Assembly (NCBI GenBank): GCA_904063045.1
Contig: CAJFCJ010000006.1
Span: 4,046,408-4,110,407, forward strand
Source of the DNA: Dimorphilus gyrociliatus
Lineage: Eukaryota; Animalia; Annelida
Direction of reading: 5' to 3'
Length of the DNA stretch: 64,000 nucleotides
In this document: one piece after another, positions 51,501-64,000 of the stretch
How the letters are laid out: each line of letters begins with the position of its first letter
How positions within the stretch are numbered: the stretch's first letter is position 1
Position numbers and translations under genes: made by a program
Notes under the pieces: generated by a model
Databases searched by the model: none
The model's input: only the letters and a program-made list of their open reading frames with translations
Told to the model about the DNA's origin: nothing

Positions 51501-54500
51501 ATGACAAGTGTAAGATAAAACCCAGGGGAAGTTACAACAAGTATTGTCACATTTGTATCAAAAATTTAGAATAGATGAGAACGATTAAACAATAAAACGT
51601 TTATCTTACTCTTGTAAATGTCAATTGTTTTGGATGCGTTTGCACATAAATTTTAAGGCTTTGTATACGAAGGGAAGGAAGGGGGTGATCAAACAATTAT
51701 AATGGCAAAAAAATATTTGAGAATAGTAACAATTGACATAAGAGCTGTTTGTTTTTGTTTAACTACTATTATTACTCGTATCTGCCTTCAGTCATATCTA
51801 ATAAATTCATATATGATTAATGAACTATAACCAGTATTTACTATGCTTAATAATATGATATTAGAGACTTACACCTAAGGTCATACTAAAGTTAGAACCC
51901 TTTGTAAATAGCTATTAGCATATTAAAGCTATGATGAGGTAAGCTAACAATCATATCCCTATTATATCATTAAATATTAATAAAACCTTTTTAAAGAATA
52001 GTAAAGCAATATTTCATTTTTATGAATCTGTTTGTTCAATTTGCAAGCCATAAAGCTGCTTAACAGTGCAAAACATACAAAATAAAGTTTTCAATAACAA
52101 CAAGAGAATTTTAAGTTTATGCACTGTATATTACATGAATATTTGAAAGGCCTAACAATGCTAATTAAATTGACGTTTTGATAGTTTTAAAAGTCGCTAG
52201 TTTCAAATTCTTTCTATTGTTAAAAGCGAAAAAAGAAATAAGACAATCCTTAAGTTACAAATTAAGATCTTACGGTATTAGATTTTCACTTAAAAATAGT
52301 CCATAAATCATATAAATTAAATTGTCTACTTTTATCAATAGATAGATAATTTCATTTCGTATTTAAACTTACAACAAGTCAGAATTTAGATTTGATCTTG
52401 CGAAATGGAAAAATTAAATGGAAAATGGCAAATGGTCAAAGTTAGTAACAACTATAATGATGTCTTAAAAGAAGCTAGTTAGTTTATTTTTAGTTAATTA
52501 TTACTAATCTATATAATATGTAATTTCAATCTTACTATTCTAATAATCTGTTATCTATAATCAGAATTTACTGTGGAAATGGTTGATAAAACTGAAAAGA
52601 ACATAGTAACCTACAACTACAATCCAACTGTTTGTAAAGAGAAAATCACAAAAGTTTAATTTAATTTTGTTTTTTTTTTCTAAAGGAAAACACAATGGAA
52701 ATTTCCATTGAGGCGAACGGAGAAGAGCTTTGTCTCATAAACGGTAAAATTGGAGGCGAAAGTTTTGACGGAAATATGGTGGATGGAAGACCAGCTATTG
52801 TTAAGTTCTTTTTCTTCAAGTTCCACTAATTAATTATGTAAATTCACTTTTGGCTACAGAGAACAATGAAATATGTGGACGGAAAACTGATTCTGAAAGA
52901 AATCAGTGGTGAGATTGAAATCGTCACGGAGATGTTCACCGCTGAAGAGAAACTAATTATGGTTAGTTTAGCATTGTAACTTTATACGTTATTTCATTCG
53001 ACTAATACCAAATAATCTTTTCGCACAGGTAGTAAAGGTTAACGGGAAAGAAGCAGTTCGAGAATATACCAAAGTTGCACAATTCTTGACCGCCATTTAA
53101 ATAAAGTTATTAAGTTCCAAAATATTTAATAAATACTAGTAAAAATAACATCCAGCTGTTTTCTATCTATAAAGATAGTTCATGTGTAACCGGCCGTTTC
53201 GGCGGCAAGTATTGAAAGGGTGTTATGGGTCAAGAAAGAAAGTGCCCCTTACGGAGCCTCACAAGCACCCGTAATAACTTTCTAGATCAAGATTTCGACC
53301 GTATTCGACAATGCAATATCACACCCTAAGTAAAAGTGTAAGATCCGCATATTTGTCTAGGCATACAACTGATTGGAACGTGCTAAAAACGCGTTTCCGT
53401 GTATTGTTTAAATTCTGTCAAAATATAAGATTTTAAACAACAAATGTTTATCATAATCATAAAACGTTTGAGAAACTTGAAATTTAAATAAGACAGGTGA
53501 GAATTAATTGATTGTATATCGAGTTAATTACGAGTAGTGGCTAGTAGTCCAGCTATATCAGTAAGTCTGGTCAAGAAATATTTGCAAATTAGGAACTTCA
53601 ATGATGAAAGAGTGGGATTAATCTACACAGTGGTAAAGTAGTTAACAAGGTTAAATTGGGAGGCACTGCCGGAAAAGCAATAAAGATATAGAGTGCCCTA
53701 AGAGAAAATGCCCGAGATAAGAGCTATTTGAAGAATATGGAAGTTTTCCGCTATCTCAAAAGAACAGCCTTAGTTTTATACAAATCTATATTACGAAATA
53801 ATATAGATTATTACGTGAAATTTGATGACAAAACGTGAGAATAGAGAGAAGTTGGCTCGTAAAAACTCTTTCGTACAAACTTGAAAGTGAGAAAAGTAGA
53901 GATAAAAAAACTCAGGACGTAAAGTCCTGAGGAAATCAGAGTCCTTAGAACAATATTTCTTCCTAAGAAGAGTAAATAAAGATCTCTAGACAGGCGAATA
54001 TCCGACACTTTGGGTTAGAAAAGTTCAGCTTTTGAGCCTTAAACAAAGCTCTCAAAGGCTTGAGATACAAATAAAATATCATCTCTTTATCTTCAAGACG
54101 ATGTACTTAAAACTGATCTATTCGCTAAACACACAAGGTTATCAAGAGTAAATATTAATCCTTTCTAACTAAACATTTCGTTTTTTTTTTCAAAAAAAGT
54201 AATACAATATGAAATAACCTTTTAAAAATATAAAAATATAGCATAGAATGTCCTGCGAATTATATGAAAACCTTTTGTTGCATCTTGTACGAAAATTCCT
54301 TTACAGTATATAATTAAATTTGACATTATAAAGGATTTTGTACCGAATTGAAATTACAAAACTGAAAAAAAGCTTTAAAACTAATCGTTATTAACGGCTC
54401 AAATTAGTACAGACTTTCAATAAGATTATAAAATAAGTTTGTTTAATTTAGAGCCAACGCCTCCTGATTACAAATGTATAAAGTTCGTAAATTTGAATTA

Positions 54501-56422
54501 TACGTTGATGGAACTGACAGTTGAGAAGCGTTCTGCTTTCCCAATTATCTTCTATCTATTGTTAATAAGAATATTTCTTTTTTGTACTCCAGATATATAG
54601 AAAAAGTAATTTACATTCTCACTTGCCCAATTAGGCATCTTAAAAGTGACTATCGTTAAGTAAACAAATATACAAAATATATTTTTCAATAGCAATGTTT
54701 TCATTGCCTTTTGGCTAAGATGAAAAGTTGATCATGAAAATAATCTTAAACTCCCGAAAGCAAATATATACAAGCTATGGAATCAGAAGCGAGCAGCTGA
54801 AGAAACCTTTTCTTCTCTTATCGCATAGGGTCAATTTGAACTCTAAATGACACTCTCCCACAAAGTCAGTAATGTTATAAGGAGAGGTATGTCCTTATTG
54901 ACATTATTTATCTAAATTCTAGTTTTTACACTTTACCGTTGGACTCCAAATGGACACACAGGCTGGCTCTATATTATATCGACAAACACACGCTGTAGAA
55001 ACTTAAAATAGGTCAGTTATTGTTCGAAAAAGGGGCGAAGAACTGAATCCATTAAGAGAATATCAAAACATAAAGTACATATATATGAGATATTACGGTA
55101 ATAAACCCTTAGGGTCTAATTACTATCGTCTATTTTGTTATAGGAGATAGTTTTTATAACTTGCTAAAATAAGTATTATAAAAAAGATCAAACAATATTT
55201 AAGGTGTATAAAACAGCTGCACAACACTTGCTTTGGATTTTAAAAGCAGAGATTATAAAAAATTATACCATTACCTTTAATGAAAAGGTAATTATTGTAA
55301 GTAGTAAGTATTATGATAGGAAATTTAATAAATCTAGATTACTTAAAGTCGTCACTTGGGATTGTATAAGTATTGAAAAACTTGACCAAGGAATATTGAA
55401 CTATAAATTCCAGTACTTTTTTCTATTGAAAAGAATTGCTCAAGTTTGATAAGTATCTAAAATCTCTAAAACTTTTATTACATATTTGCAATTCTAAACT
55501 ACAAGATATTTTTAAAGGGTAAAAGTTTTTTTCCCTTTAAACTGATAATTTGCTTGCGAACATAAGTAGAAAATGATAATTAAGATATAAATACATATTT
55601 AACTGACTATTAACAGCTTTGATGGAATACACTATTAAAAGATAAATGGTAATTATTTCAATGATGAAGCGTATAGCGTTTTATCTACTAATAGCTTGTA
55701 AATTTTAAACGACAAATTGTTTAAAACCGGAACAAATCGATAACCAATTCACCTATGTAAAAACCTAAAGAACGATAATGAATAATAGTAGTAGTAGAAA
55801 TAGGCTATAAGGAGAAATATAGAAAAAATAAATACTGCCTACATATACCATTTTATTTTGAGTGACTATAATGGAATGTATTTCTCTGCAATCTTGCGTG
55901 GTTCTTAGTCGACAGCTATGAATACCGTATTACTCATGACATATTGAAGAAACGAAAACAGAATGAAGAAACTTTATAGCTGGACATATTATTGTTATAA
56001 AATCCCCAAAGTATTACATTCTTCTCCGCAAAATGTTATCAAATATGAGCGTAAACATGAATCAGATGTTTGATTATCATTGTCAGAAAAGGGGAAATTT
56101 CCCTCAGAATATTTCTGTCGGAACCGTTTAATCTGTCTAACCTCAATATGATTGATAATACAAAGTGAAACGACAGCTGTTGCATTAATCATATTAAGTT
56201 TTCTTTAATTAGTTTACCTTAAAAATGCACAGAACACAAATAAACCGTGTAGTAGTATTTTCTCATTAGTAATTTAGGAAAATAAATAGAAACTTGTCAA
56301 AATAACCCGGTCCTAATTAATAAACCTGACCGTTGAAAATAATGTAAGTACTAACCATCTGAAGATATCCTTGTAAAGAGGACGAAAGTGACAATACACA
56401 ACCAACAAAAGCTTTTAAACAT
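42517..56422 (-). CDS. SDK: Sidekick cell-adhesion molecule (signal peptide, 6 Ig, 13 FN3, TM, PDZ-binding tail)
   Basis: Exon 1 (56356-56422) encodes signal peptide MFKSFCWLCIVTFVLFTRISSD. Its phase-1 GTTAGT donor joins the phase-1 acceptor at 50232 (DVAPTTFK...). I counted 6 Ig (the second lacks Cys, as in Sidekick) and 13 FN3 domains. TM 'WWFAAIISLVALILIILIVTILC'; C-terminus 'PLPGFSSFV', the Sidekick hallmark. Confidence 0.93.
52405..53100 (+). CDS. Divergent fatty-acid-binding protein (FABP/iLBP)-like, paralog A, ~141 aa, 5 exons, nested in Sidekick intron 1
   Basis: Exon 1 (52405-52477, 73 nt, phase 1) MEKLNGKWQMVKVSNNYNDVLKEA. Later exons 'ENTMEISIEANGEE...MVDGRPAI', 'RTMKYVDGKLILKE...KLIM', 'VVKVNGKEAVREYTKV'. 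Not in the ORF track. Confidence 0.82.
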
Positions 56423-56790
56423 TTTTCTCCTGTTAAGCTTCAAAATTCCATCAATAAGTAGTCTGTAGACTTCAAATCGACGTACAATTGTTTATCTTAT
56501 CTCTTTTAGCTTCCGTGATTTTAAGAATTGAGATACTTTTGCCAGAAAAATCACAATTTAATTAACACACCTGTCCCAAACTTTTTCTCACGGTGGCCAT
56601 TTTTCAACTGTTCATATATTCGTGACAAAGAATGTAGCCGTATAAGAGAGTTCAATGTAACTTTTCCTTGGATGAGGATATAAAAAGTTCTCAACAGAAA
56701 AACAATCCGTAAAAATTTGCATAAAACCAAAAAAATACAATAATTCTTCTATTTCTGAAGAATTAAATTGATTGTTTTGCACGCTTTTAT

Positions 56791-56828
56791 GTGACGTCTC
56801 ACGTGACCGCTCAATTGCTTATGATTGG
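56791..56828. promoter_or_regulatory. CRE/ATF + E-box + CCAAT cluster, putative Sidekick / FABP-B divergent promoter
   Basis: GTGACGT (56791), TCACGTGA (56799-56806) and ATTGG (56824-28) packed into 40 nt. Confidence 0.5.
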
Positions 56829-57267
56829 TTCGTCTCTGGACACCCTACTCTATCCGAAATAGAACAGAATCGTATTCACTTGTTCTGGAACACAAAAGTT
56901 TACCCTTTGGGAAAGTCTCGAGAAAGTTTTAATATTTGTATAGAAATCTTTTTTTCTATGGTTTATTAATTTACGTATTGAAAATTTAATTGCGTAATTC
57001 CCCCCTTAACTTTCCAAATCTAACGGTTTTTCAAATAAGCTAGAACATTTAAAGTTGATTTTATCCAGAGATAACTTGCGTATTTGAATTCTAAGAAATA
57101 TAACTTTGAATAAAAAATTTTTATTGGTTAAGACCTATAAATAAGATAACCTATCGTTGTCAGTATTATTAATTACTTTTTATATTGTGTTCTACGTCAT
57201 TCCACATTCAAATATAAAATCAACAAATTTACTATTCGATAGAAACATAACGTACAAGAAACAACAG

Positions 57268-57918
57268 ATGGAGAATTTTAACGGTGTTTGGAAAACTGTG
57301 AAAGTTTGCGATAATTATGATAATGTTCTTAGAGAATCGGGTAAAAGTGCTATACTGTTATCTTAATCCTATTGTACATCTATATTTTATACAGGCTTTA
57401 CTGATGAATTCTTGGATGGACTAAAAAAAAGATTTGGCGAATCATTTCTAATTGGTAGTTATGATGCCCAGGTTTTATTCTTTTTATAACTTTTATGATA
57501 TGTTTATATACCAACGTTCTTATCCAGACCCAAAAAGTTGACTTGAAAGTAGATAGCAATGGCGAGATTATTCATCAGTTTTCTTGCGTTGTAGATGGTG
57601 AGATGTGTACTGGAAAACTCATAAATGATTTACCAGTTAAGGTAGGCCACCTTCCAACATTGGAGACCTTTTTCTAAATAAAGAGCACTTCTTTCCCAAC
57701 AGCGTTGTATGAAAAAGCAAAACAATTCAATTCATATGGTGGAAATCTTGGATACCGGTGTGGAACTTCACACTGATTTTATGCCGAATGGTGACGATTT
57801 CAATATAGTAAGTTAATTTTGGTTCAGATATTAATTAAGAGCATAACTGAATTCTCTTCTTCAGAAAGTAGTCTGTAACGGCAAAGAAGGATTCAGAGAA
57901 TTGAAGAAAATGAAATAA
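57268..57918 (+). CDS. Divergent FABP/iLBP-like, paralog B, ~140 aa, 5 exons
   Basis: Exon 1 (57268-57340, 73 nt) MENFNGVWKTVKVCDNYDNVLRES(G). Exon 3 is 114 nt as in paralog A; last exon KVVCNGKEGFRELKKMK*. TATAAA at 57136. Confidence 0.8.
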
Positions 57919-58336
57919 TCCGAATAGAAGACATTATAAACGTGCTTGCATAGATTACAAACAATAAAAACTTTTTGATTTAGATTGTTGTCTGAAATTC
58001 ACTATAGGCTATATTCGATTTTTATAGTAATCTGACACAACTTTTATACATAGATAAGTTAATAAGTGTATACGCTCCTTAAAATTTGTACCATATGTAT
58101 CGAGGAGAGATACTCTTTGTTTAAAAATACTACTCTTGTTGCACGAAAACTTTATAAAATAAAATCCTGGAGGTCATGTGACTTTATTACAATTTGCTAT
58201 TGGTTGACATATGGGCACCATTCTAGTTTAATTCGATCCGTTTTCGAACTGAGTGAAATTGACATTAAGTGTAGCAGACGATATCACAAATTTATAATTT
58301 TTTAGTATCTATAACTCAATCCCAACTTTAATTGAT

Positions 58337-59288
58337 ATGCCAACAAATTGTGCTTTATGTAAATGGCGATATGACAAAAATAAGGGATTGAGAATGCATA
58401 GATTTCCGCTTGATTCAACTCTGTAAGTAAATTTGTTTCCCTTTCATTTCTTTGTCCATAATTAATTATTAAAGCAAGTAATCAAAACTTTTTATTCATA
58501 CCTGGTATCACTACTCCTTATAAAGTGATCAAATAATTTTGTAAGAATGAATTTTACTTAGTTTATTACTACTTTGAAACTCATGAGCTCTAAACCAACA
58601 TTCGAATCAAACATTTCTAAATGTTTAATTTCATTTTCAGACGTGATAAATGGAAAGAAATATGTCATCTGCCTAAAGAAACAGACGTTATTCTGAAAAG
58701 GAAATTACTTTGTTCACGACATTTTGAGAAACGAATGTACAACAATCCATCGGACAGTTCAACGTCATCTCTACTTCCAACAGCAATACCTACTCTCCAT
58801 TTAAATGGGGAAGATAAAATGAAAGACGATCCGGTATTGTTTTGTTTTATTCATGTTAGTATTGAGGTAATATTCCAGGAATTATTTAACAGGAGAAAGA
58901 TTCACAATCAGGGATTGTTGAAATAGTCGTTTTCCCTCAGAGAAGTCCACCTTCGAAAAAGAAAAACTTTAAATTTATAGACCAATTTGGAGTAATATCA
59001 TCATTAGAGGAGATGAATGCTAACGGTGGATTAACTTTGAAACGGTTATTTGATTTTTCCCTTTAATGGTATAATCTATTCATTGCCATGTATAGGAAGA
59101 AAATTTGTCATAACTGCCAAGTATATCGCCGACGTATAAGAATTTTAAAAGCCTTGCTAGCAAAGGAAAGGAGTAAAAATTTTCGATTTGAACGTTTGAA
59201 TTGTAAAAGAAACAAATCGTTAGTAATATTTCTCTTACCGTATTTAAAGTTTGTTAATATTCTTATCTCATCACAGCTACGCAAATAG
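58337..59288 (+). CDS. THAP (C2CH) zinc-finger protein with basic coiled-coil tail; no transposase core seen; exact 3' end uncertain
   Basis: Spliced MPTNCALCKWRYDKNKGLRMHRFPLDST/LRDKWKEIC...LLCSRHFE...AIPTL, i.e. CxxC, HRFP, W, CSxHF and A[VI]PT, the THAP signature. Confidence 0.88.
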
Positions 59289-59628
59289 TAACAAACAGTC
59301 TTTGGTAGGTAATTATACATCAGGACTACATAATTGCTATAAAACTCCTTGTTGAAATTGAATTTGATGCTGTTTAATTTTAAATATATTGAATTTTATA
59401 TTATTTTACAGAACTTGCTTTGTAATTAACGTTGATTACAGCAATAGTTAAGTTAGTTGAGATCAGATGTTCTTTAAATTATTTATAGTAGATATCAAAG
59501 GCACTTGCAATAAAAAGCATCATAAAATTTTTGTAAATATTTATTATTCGCAAATAGAATTCATTCAACTTTATAATAATTATAAATTATGTACAAACAA
59601 AGAAGAGTTAATATACTAAGCAAAAATT

Positions 59629-62600
59629 CTAATTCCAGTCATCCATATCATCGGTAATAGCCTGTAAATAAAATTTGATGTTATATTATTCAACTAGGAC
59701 TTATGTTAAATTCTACTTAAGAAAAGTAACCTTGTACCAATAGATTTACAGTTTAGTTACAGAATGTATTAGTCTAAATTCTTAATAAATATTAATGTGT
59801 GAAGAAATTCAATTGACCTCAGAACCAATATTTTCATCCTGCAAGTCCAAATCTCCCATATCTAACTCAAGCTCCTTTTCTAGTTCCTCGATACTTTGTT
59901 GAGCAGTTTGAGGTTCAGACACGGCTATAGGTTTAGGTTCAGGTTCGGGAACGGATTCTGGCTCCGGTTTGCTTTCTTGTGCGCATGCTGACTGTGGTTC
60001 AGGTTCCGGTTCTTCGAGCTTCTTTGTTTCTAAAGTATCAAGACTGATTTTGCCGCTATTTAAACTTTCCATCATTTCTTCAACAGGTTTTCTTTCCCAA
60101 TTAGGAGGAATATGAAGAGCAGCTGCAGCCGGTATTTTAGTTTGATACTGTAATTTTAAATATTTTTCAGTTTTCAAATGTTCGCTCATCTCTGGGAAGA
60201 GATTCTCATAATCAGCCGGATCAGCCAGAGATTGGGCAACTTTTTTGCTTTGACTGGCAGCAAATTCCTTCCATTTTTGTACAGTGTCTGATACTTTCGA
60301 TGGTAAATATGTTCTTGCAAAGAAAGCAGCTTCTGTTAGACGTTGTGATTCAATGAGAATTTCTAAACATTCATCCAACTTTCCCCGTATAAAATATGCC
60401 ATAAACGAAATATTGTTCTGTTTTGCCTCTCTACTTGCTTCTGCTACTCTGTCAACCATTGCTACGTTGCCTGCGCTACTTGCCAGCATTAAAAGACTAG
60501 CAAAATCTTGAGCATGATGCATGCATTCTTGGGCTAAACCAAATTCAGATTGTTTAACAGCCAAATCAGCTAATTGCATCCACTTTTGTCTAGCGTCAGA
60601 TTCTGTTCATTTTTTAAATAGATTAAAGCATTTTAAAGTAATACAAAAAAACTAACCTAATGCGAGGTCATAGGCGATTTTTAATTCATTTAATTGTAAA
60701 GCTAAATCAAATTTATGTTCTGGATCACACGTAACTGCAAGAGCTTGGGGTTTAAATCCTTGTTTTTCCAAAAAGTGAGCTACTCTCGTCCTCTGTTCTC
60801 TGGGTATGGTTGGTAGCACTTTGTCAGCCGTATCAAAATCTTTACGCATAACTGCTGTTTGATACTCTAGCACAGATAATAATATACCGAATGAAATGAC
60901 ATTCAATTCTTTGTCTCCTAAATAAATTCTGTTGTCTCTTGGTGAATATCCTAATAAGTACATAACTCTATCAAGATGGGCCACTGTTACAATTTCTCCC
61001 CCAACGTAATAATTTAATCGATTAACAGCGTTAGTGTAAATGAAGCAATCGCCCACCCAACAGCCAGTTTTAACAACTTCGTCAACTTCTCCAATTAACT
61101 GGAAAGCTTCTTCAACTCCTTAAAAAAAATATTCAGATAAATTAAAGCTTAAAGACTTAAAGTGGTCCAATAAAAGCAACTTACCATCATCCGTTGGCTC
61201 TGCGCCATTCTCTAGTGCTTCAGTGCAGAATTTCAAAATATAAAAGCTTTCTTCAGTTGCAATACAGACTAATTCGCCGCCTTCATTCCAGATTACATGT
61301 TTTGGCATGATTTCGATTCTTCTTACCAAATTAGTGGAATCCCAATCGTAGAACGAAAGGCTGGAGACGGTTTTAACTCCTAATAATTGACCTCCAAATA
61401 TTGCTTCAGCTCCAAAATCAGGTTTGAAGTTTTTCGTTTCTTTAAAGTTTTTAAAAATTTTTACCATACTGGAACTTTCTCTAATAGCATAAACAGTGGA
61501 ATCATTTGACCATACGAAATCCAAAGCTTGTCCAAAAGTTTTATTACGTAAAGCCATTGCAGTATAAACTATATATTCTCCATCACCACATACAACAACA
61601 AATCTGCCATTTGGATTGTGAGCGATAGTTTGGGGATAGATTTCGCTTGGTCCCATATCTTTTATGGTTAAGGGAATGCGTTCTCCATCTTTCATGTCAC
61701 TTCCTTGGACACTCTTAATGTTAGCTTGTTGAATTTCAGCATGTTTCGCCCAGATGATTTTACCGTTTGCATCCATGCTCATTGCTGGTTCTTCACGTCC
61801 TAATTTAATCATTATTGAACCTTCATCATAACCGATAACAACTGCATTAGATCCCCTTTGACAAGCCATCGTCCAAACTCGCTCCATTGCGTAGTTTAGT
61901 GTCGATTCCAGCCTAAATCAAAGATTTTTATTTTATTAAGAAATAACTTAAAGTCCAAACTTAAAATTACCTATAGGTATTAGCGTGCCAAACTCTAACA
62001 GTTCCATCTTCGCTTCCTGTCATTATCACTGGGAGTTCAGGGTGAAAAACAACTGCTGATATGTTCTGAGCATGACCTTCTAAAGTCTGAACGCATGTTT
62101 TATTTTGATAATCCCATATTTTAACCTGTCGATCGTCAGCTCCAGAAATGATATATGGCTTGTCACCACCGTGGTAGTAGTCGACGCAGTTTACACCTTT
62201 TTCATGGCCCTCTAATGTAAAGTTGGGTGTTGAAGATCCTAGTTGCCAAACTTTTAATGTTCTATCTAATGATGCCGAAGCAAAAGTATTATTATCCTTT
62301 GGATTGATGACTATTTGCATGACATAATGTGTATGGCCTTCAAAAACTTGAGTACAAGTCCATTTTTTATCCCAATCCCACAATTTTATTAACATATCAT
62401 CACTTGAAGTTAAAACATACGATTGAGTTGGGTGAACAGCTATTGATCTAAGATAATCAGAATGAGCGTCCACTTGTTGAATTGCTTCCAATGTGTTGTA
62501 ATTATAAACTCTTAGAGTCATGTCATCACTTCCTGTAACAATCCAATTCTTTCTGGCAACGAATTTGGCTGCCCTGACAGGAAGATCGCAAACTTCGAAG

Positions 62601-63110
62601 GTTTTGATGAGGGTCTATGTGTTGAAAGTAAATGTTTATATCAGTATATTGACTAAAGCAGGTGGACAACTAATAAAAATCTTTTTTTGTGCAACATATC
62701 CTTAATTTATAATTGTTAAATAAATTTGAATATTATTAGATGATCTTCATTAAGGCTTAGTACTGGTTTATTAAAAATTCGTGAGTTAATCAAGTAGAAA
62801 GATGAAAATTATACGGTGTCAGAGCTCAACTTAAATTTTACTTTTAAGATATGTTTCATTAAGTCAGTATAAAAAATCTAAAGAATACCTGTGTTTCATG
62901 GTTCCAAATGTGGACATGTCCATTATAAAGGCTGACTAACATCCATGGCTCCGTTGGATGAAGATCGGAGCATTTGACCCGATCAGAACGAGCTGAGACT
63001 TTGCGTTTTATGTCCAGACGAAGAGGCTACATGAAATTTTGTTCAAAAAATTAGTCCATTGATTGATGGTATAAAGGAGAGTAATCAACATCATCTAAAG
63101 AACTTACCAT
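59629..63110 (-). CDS. COPB2: Coatomer subunit beta' (WD40)
   Basis: ATG-only first coding exon (63108-63110), then [18 protein letters not shown]..., '[32 protein letters not shown]' and '[25 protein letters not shown]'. Last exon [10 protein letters not shown]. Confidence 0.97.
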
Positions 63111-63165
63111 GTTTTTATCAGAAATGCCAACTTTCTTCTTCGACGTGGATTCGTGTAAATGCCCG

Positions 63166-63463
63166 TGCGCACGCGCAGACCGGAAGATTTTACTGTAAAC
63201 GGGCTCATACTACTTTATCAATTTTTAAGTCGAAGCAGTTATGGCGTATAAGATTTTTGTTGAGAATTCGCCATTTTGAAAGTGTTTAGTAGCATTTGTT
63301 AGTATGATTCACAAAAATTTATTGCAAATTAGGAGTTGTCACTTCAGATACTTTTATAAGCGAATTGTGCTTTAAAAAAATTTTCTATTTAGCCTCTTTG
63401 TTTCTAAGCTGCATTAAAAAAAAATTAATCTTTTCTGTATTTTATCCAATCACATTATCGATA
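63166..63463. promoter_or_regulatory. COPB2-TMEM107 bidirectional promoter with NRF1-like and DRE motifs
   Basis: TGCGCACGCGCA at 63166-63177 and TATCGATA at 63456-63463. Confidence 0.45.
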
Positions 63464-63773
63464 ACAAATAATATTGTTAGAATACGAAGTGACATTGACA
63501 CATAATATAGAAATCACAATGGCTGTTAAGAAATACAAATTCTACCATTTTGAAAATCTTTCTGTAGTGTTCTAGAATTTTTGTTGTTAGGAGGCGCGCT
63601 CGAACTTGTTTTAAAATATCTTATATTAAATAAATTAATCTTGAAATTTCACTTTAAACGAATGCGTAACTAAACCGGAATTTATCACATCATTATCGAA
63701 TAATAAAATTTTTTTAAATTTGGCTTTAAGAGAGGAGTTTCAAATTCAAATAGTCCAATAGAAGATATTTCAA

Positions 63774-63996
63774 ATGGGTATATCTAGTGTCGTTCCAGCA
63801 AGATTCTTAACGATAGTTGCTCATCTAGTAATTTTAATAGTTCTCTTCTGGGCTAAGGTAAGTTATTCATTAAGAAAAATTAAATACAAAAGTTTTATAT
63901 AGTTAATTAAAAAAGAAAATTTTAACAGGACATAAATATTAAGTCTTGTTTGCCTGATGATTATACAACAAGTGAATATGATACCAAAGAGAAAAA
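63774..63996 (+). CDS. TMEM107: TMEM107 ciliary transition-zone protein, exons 1-2 (continues beyond the window)
   Basis: Exon 1 (63774-63857) MGISSVVPARFLTIVAHLVILIVLFWAK; exon 2 (63929-63996) DINIKSCLPDDYTTSEYDTKEK. Matches TMEM107 'LVPSRFLTLLAHLV...DSNIQACLP'. Not in the ORF track. Confidence 0.9.
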
Positions 63997-64000
63997 GTAA

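Noticed and set aside
53178-53260. RNase MRP-like start (GTTCATG...GAAAGTGCCCC)
   Set aside because: The matching 3' P4 strand (GGGGCUCA) and a Pol III terminator are absent downstream.
53348-53362. ATTTGTCTAG resembling the U7 snRNA Sm site
   Set aside because: No upstream CUCUUU-type HDE-pairing region and no convincing 3' stem-loop.
53660-53770. Two hairpins with H-box-like and ACA motifs
   Set aside because: They are antisense to the host intron, the first hairpin is too short, and the motifs are easily matched by chance.
53811-54008. Hydrophobic minus-strand ORF as a Sidekick signal exon
   Set aside because: It starts at GTG after an in-frame stop and has the wrong splice phase; a better exon lies at 56356-56422.
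55995-56192. 65-aa minus-strand ORF in Sidekick intron 1
   Set aside because: No recognisable motif and no consistent splice partner; likely spurious.
62615-62888. Long COPB2 intron as a possible snoRNA host
   Set aside because: There is an imperfect terminal inverted repeat but no properly placed C/D or H/ACA boxes; the intron is very AT-rich.

Overview
AT-rich, very compact metazoan (invertebrate-like) genomic DNA with ~50-70 nt GT-AG introns; the species cannot be determined from the sequence alone. It holds about 18 protein-coding genes: VPS13B (3' part), TMCO3 with an antisense intronless gene nested in its 3.1-kb intron, TSEN34, MUL1, TMEM70, FIP1L1, ZNF330/NOA36, N4BP2, PDS5, a TMEM26-like gene, a PHLDB-like gene, Sidekick (6 Ig + 13 FN3, ending GFSSFV), two divergent FABP-like paralogs straddling Sidekick exon 1, a THAP-finger gene, COPB2 and the start of TMEM107. 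The top finding is non-coding. Two unusually long PDS5 introns each carry a copy of the same ~165-nt box C/D RNA with a covarying internal hairpin and an identical 12-nt guide (AGAUUAUGAGAU). The guide is complementary to the anticodon arm of elongator tRNA-Met, and the D+5 rule lands on wobble C34. This is a SNORD97/SNORD133-like tRNA-methylation guide pair in an unexpected host gene. Gene names and the tRNA sequence come from recalled family knowledge; no database search was run.
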